Source: Salisapilia sapeloensis CBS 127946
Lineage: Eukaryota; Protista; Oomycota
NCBI GenBank assembly: GCA_023334545.1
Contig: JAADVB010000169.1
Location: 1 to 42,241, forward strand
Direction of reading: 5' to 3'
DNA: 42,241 nt
The notes under the pieces are model-generated. The model was given only the letters and a program-made list of their open reading frames with translations, was not told the origin of the DNA and made no database searches. The translations under genes were made by a program, and so were the position numbers. Positions 39,917 to 42,241 of this stretch are shown here, piece by piece (the stretch's first letter is position 1; each line of letters begins with the position of its first letter).

Positions 39917-40459
39917 ATGAAGCTCCTCGTTCTCGCCACTGTCGCTAGCACTGCCTACGCCTACCCGAAGTTTAACAATGGTATTCCGAATGCCGCCGAG
40001 GTGCCGGAGAACCCGAACATTGGACACGTCGATCCGGCTGGCCACCAAGGCGTCAGCGTCTTTGGCAAGGATTTTGCCAAGGCTGGCAACGCATGGACGT
40101 ACTCCCTTTGCATGGAGGACTCGGATGAGGATGGATTCACGAACGGCCAGGAGCTAGGAGACCCGTGCTGCGAATGGACGCCGGAGAACACGGCCGGATT
40201 GATCATGGAAGGTATTAGCGACCCGAACAACGCCAAGAGCGTGCCTTCGAACGATGAGTTGGAGGCTACGTGTGCACCCAAGTCCGGCTCCTCGTCTGGA
40301 CAAGGGGGAGGAGCTGGAAAGGTGTCTCCGTACCCGCCGGATGATGATGAAGATGACAACGATGAGATGGCGGCAATCACGGGTAGCAACGGTGCGTCCG
40401 TACAGATTTTGGGTGCAGCGACGACCTTGGTCGCGGTGTTGGCAGCTGGTGCCATGTAA
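39917..40459 (+). CDS. Secreted temptin-like protein with probable GPI-anchor or C-terminal hydrophobic signal
   Basis: Signal peptide, IPN...GH.DPAG...FGKDF..AG..WT..LC.EDSDEDGFTNGQELGDPCCEW, Ser/Gly/Asp linker and hydrophobic C-terminus. Confidence 0.85.
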   Translation: MKLLVLATVASTAYAYPKFNNGIPNAAEVPENPNIGHVDPAGHQGVSVFGKDFAKAGNAWTYSLCMEDSDEDGFTNGQELGDPCCEWTPENTAGLIMEGISDPNNAKSVPSNDELEATCAPKSGSSSGQGGGAGKVSPYPPDDDEDDNDEMAAITGSNGASVQILGAATTLVAVLAAGAM

Positions 40460-40620
40460 ATTCAATTGAAGTTTGTCTAAATGGAATAACCCGTGCTCTC
40501 TTTTTTCAATACAACTTTTCTTTCGTTTCCAAACACGTTTTCTTTCGTTTAATAAAGGAAAGCAAAAGTAGTCAAAACTGGTCTTTTGGCATTTTTATTC
40601 GTATGGATAAAAGTAGAAAA

Positions 40621-41150
40621 TTAGACGAGGAAGACGACGATGAGAATAGCGACTTCGACGACGATGACAACGTATAATTTGCATGCCTACGGTTGTATGC
40701 GATTAGAATTTGGGTTTGAGTTTGGATTGGATGGATACGTACGTGCTTGTTGTTCTTGTTGACTTGTCGAGCATGCTCTTCTTCTCGTACTAGGTCCTCA
40801 TGGGCATTGTCCATACGCTATTTGATCATTTCGTTACCAAGGCAGTATAGTTGAATGTAGCAATAGAGAAGTACGTTGCCGACGTCGTCGATCATGGCGT
40901 TCTGTTCCACGACTTCGCCATTGATGGCATGCGCTTGGCCTTTCAGGTTCTTTACGCCGTCGTATATGTTATCGAGGGCAGCGTCCTGCCTGCTCATTTC
41001 ATCGTCCCGATGCGCCTCGAGCTGCTGGATGTCCATGGCATGATAGTCATTTGTGTTACCGACATCCGAGTCCCTTCGCTCGTTCGGGTCGTAGATCGGG
41101 TGCTTAGGATGGCGGCCGCCTCCGTTGCTCCGAGGGTGCTGACTGCTCAT
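40621..41150 (-). CDS. Tail-anchored Qc-SNARE (syntaxin-6/8/Bet1-like), 3 exons
   Basis: SNARE motif QDAALDNIYDGVKNLKGQAHAINGEVVEQNAMIDDVGN|RMDNAHEDL. The last exon ACKLYVVIVVEVAILIVVFLV* is a transmembrane segment; two GT-AG introns. Confidence 0.85.
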
Positions 41151-41663
41151 GCTGTACTGTGCTTCCCGCTTTCGGCACTGACTTGTCTGAAGTGTTTGTT
41201 CTACAAGACATACATTATTCAATATAAATGACACCTGTCCAACGTCAGCTGGACATTTTAAGACCAATTCGCTTTCGTACTTGAATGGGCCTATCGTACC
41301 ATTCAAGTGCCGTCAATGTACCGACAGTATGGGATTCTGTTGTTGATGGATAGTTTGCGAGCTATCCCGTTTGGATCAGAAAATATTCCAATTGTTTACG
41401 TGAAAAGGATTTTTTGCAGTCAGCGTTGAAAATTTGACATTTGTGTCTCACACGACATGGCTAAATTTATGGCGATTCTGTAGTTTACTTGGATATACAA
41501 AATGCATCGAACACTTCGGATCGGTATGGACTTACGCTGTACCAACAAACCGATGTTGAAAGAAGCTTGGATAGTTTACAAATGACAAGATATTTTCTTT
41601 TTAAGCCAATCAAACAAAGTTGAAGTTTTCAGTAGCCACTGGAAAGCTCAGCAGCTCTGCTTC

Positions 41664-41680
41664 TTCATTCCGCAACTTGC
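41664..41680 (+). promoter_or_regulatory. Oomycete INR+FPR core promoter
   Basis: TTCATTCCGCAACTTGC matches YCATTYY followed by the FPR element, ending 32 nt before ATG 41713. Confidence 0.65.
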
Positions 41681-41712
41681 TTCGAACTACACAAGCTCCA
41701 CTACAACAGAAA

Positions 41713-42051
41713 ATGCAGCTCCGATCGATCCTCGCTCTAACGACGCTCGCCGTCACAGCCGTTCACGCTCAAAACGAGGACAACATGGATATGACTAATG
41801 ATTCCTCGGACTCTTCCGACTCTAGCGACAGCGGTAACATTGCCGAGGACGCCGTTTCCACGGTCTCGTCGACTGCCAACGATGCTAAGGATACGGTCAA
41901 GTCCGGCTTCGACGATGCCAAGTCCAAGGCTAAGTCTGCGTTCTCGGACTCGAGCGACTCGTCTGACTCTGGTAGCGATGCTGCCGCTTCTGTGACTGCC
42001 GGCAGTGCTGCCGTCACGGTCATGGCCGCCACAGCCGCTTACTTCCTTTAG
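41713..42051 (+). CDS. Small secreted Ser/Asp-rich surface protein with probable GPI signal
   Basis: Signal MQLRSILALTTLAVTAVHA, two SDSSDSSDSG repeats flanking an amphipathic DAKDTVKSGFDDAKSKAK segment, hydrophobic C-terminus. 112 aa from ATG 41713. Confidence 0.8.
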   Translation: MQLRSILALTTLAVTAVHAQNEDNMDMTNDSSDSSDSSDSGNIAEDAVSTVSSTANDAKDTVKSGFDDAKSKAKSAFSDSSDSSDSGSDAAASVTAGSAAVTVMAATAAYFL

Positions 42052-42241
42052 GTCTCTCATATTGCTATAAGGAAGTCTTGTATTGACATGAACCCGAAGC
42101 TGCAATACAATTTTCGCTATCTTTGATATCTTAAGTCGATCTCTACTCTTTCGTTTCTTTATGGTCGTTGGGCTTTATTGTTCCTCCAGACCAGATACTA
42201 GGCTTCCGGATAATCGTGTAGTAGTAAAACTATTCGGGAAA

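Noticed and set aside
39917-42051. RxLR or Crinkler effector assignment for the secreted proteins
   Set aside because: There is no RxLR-dEER after the signal peptides and no LxLFLAK motif.

Overview
Gene-dense eukaryotic window, inferred to be oomycete (Pythium-like) from short GT-AG introns of about 50-70 nt, an oomycete INR+FPR core promoter, a temptin-type secreted protein and flagellar genes. About 25 protein-coding genes are supported. Several were absent from or fragmented in the ORF track and were rebuilt by hand across introns: RPP14/POP5-like, PSMG1, SFT2, FAF2, a Cys-type SelK, a Qc-SNARE and a small XRCC4/SAS-6-head-like protein. Housekeeping genes (NBP35, transportin-1, RABGGTB, SUA5, IGHMBP2, SNW1, MRPL27, RRS1) sit in tight divergent or convergent pairs. 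Two AT-richer islands (about 21.0-23.7 kb and 26.9-31.0 kb) hold decaying coding sequence. The best candidates for something undescribed are: (1) an unannotated gene family, with an intact 404-aa gene, an inverted pseudogene copy and a possible third divergent copy; (2) a secreted protein combining pseudo-JmjC, two FN3 and PA domains; (3) an exact 31-bp-period CCAAT array in the NBP35/transportin bidirectional promoter; (4) an NBP35 lacking the bridging CX2C motif; and (5) a small intact ORF inside the decayed island. I saw no tRNA, rRNA, CRISPR array or recognisable transposase. All family calls come from recalled motifs, not database searches.
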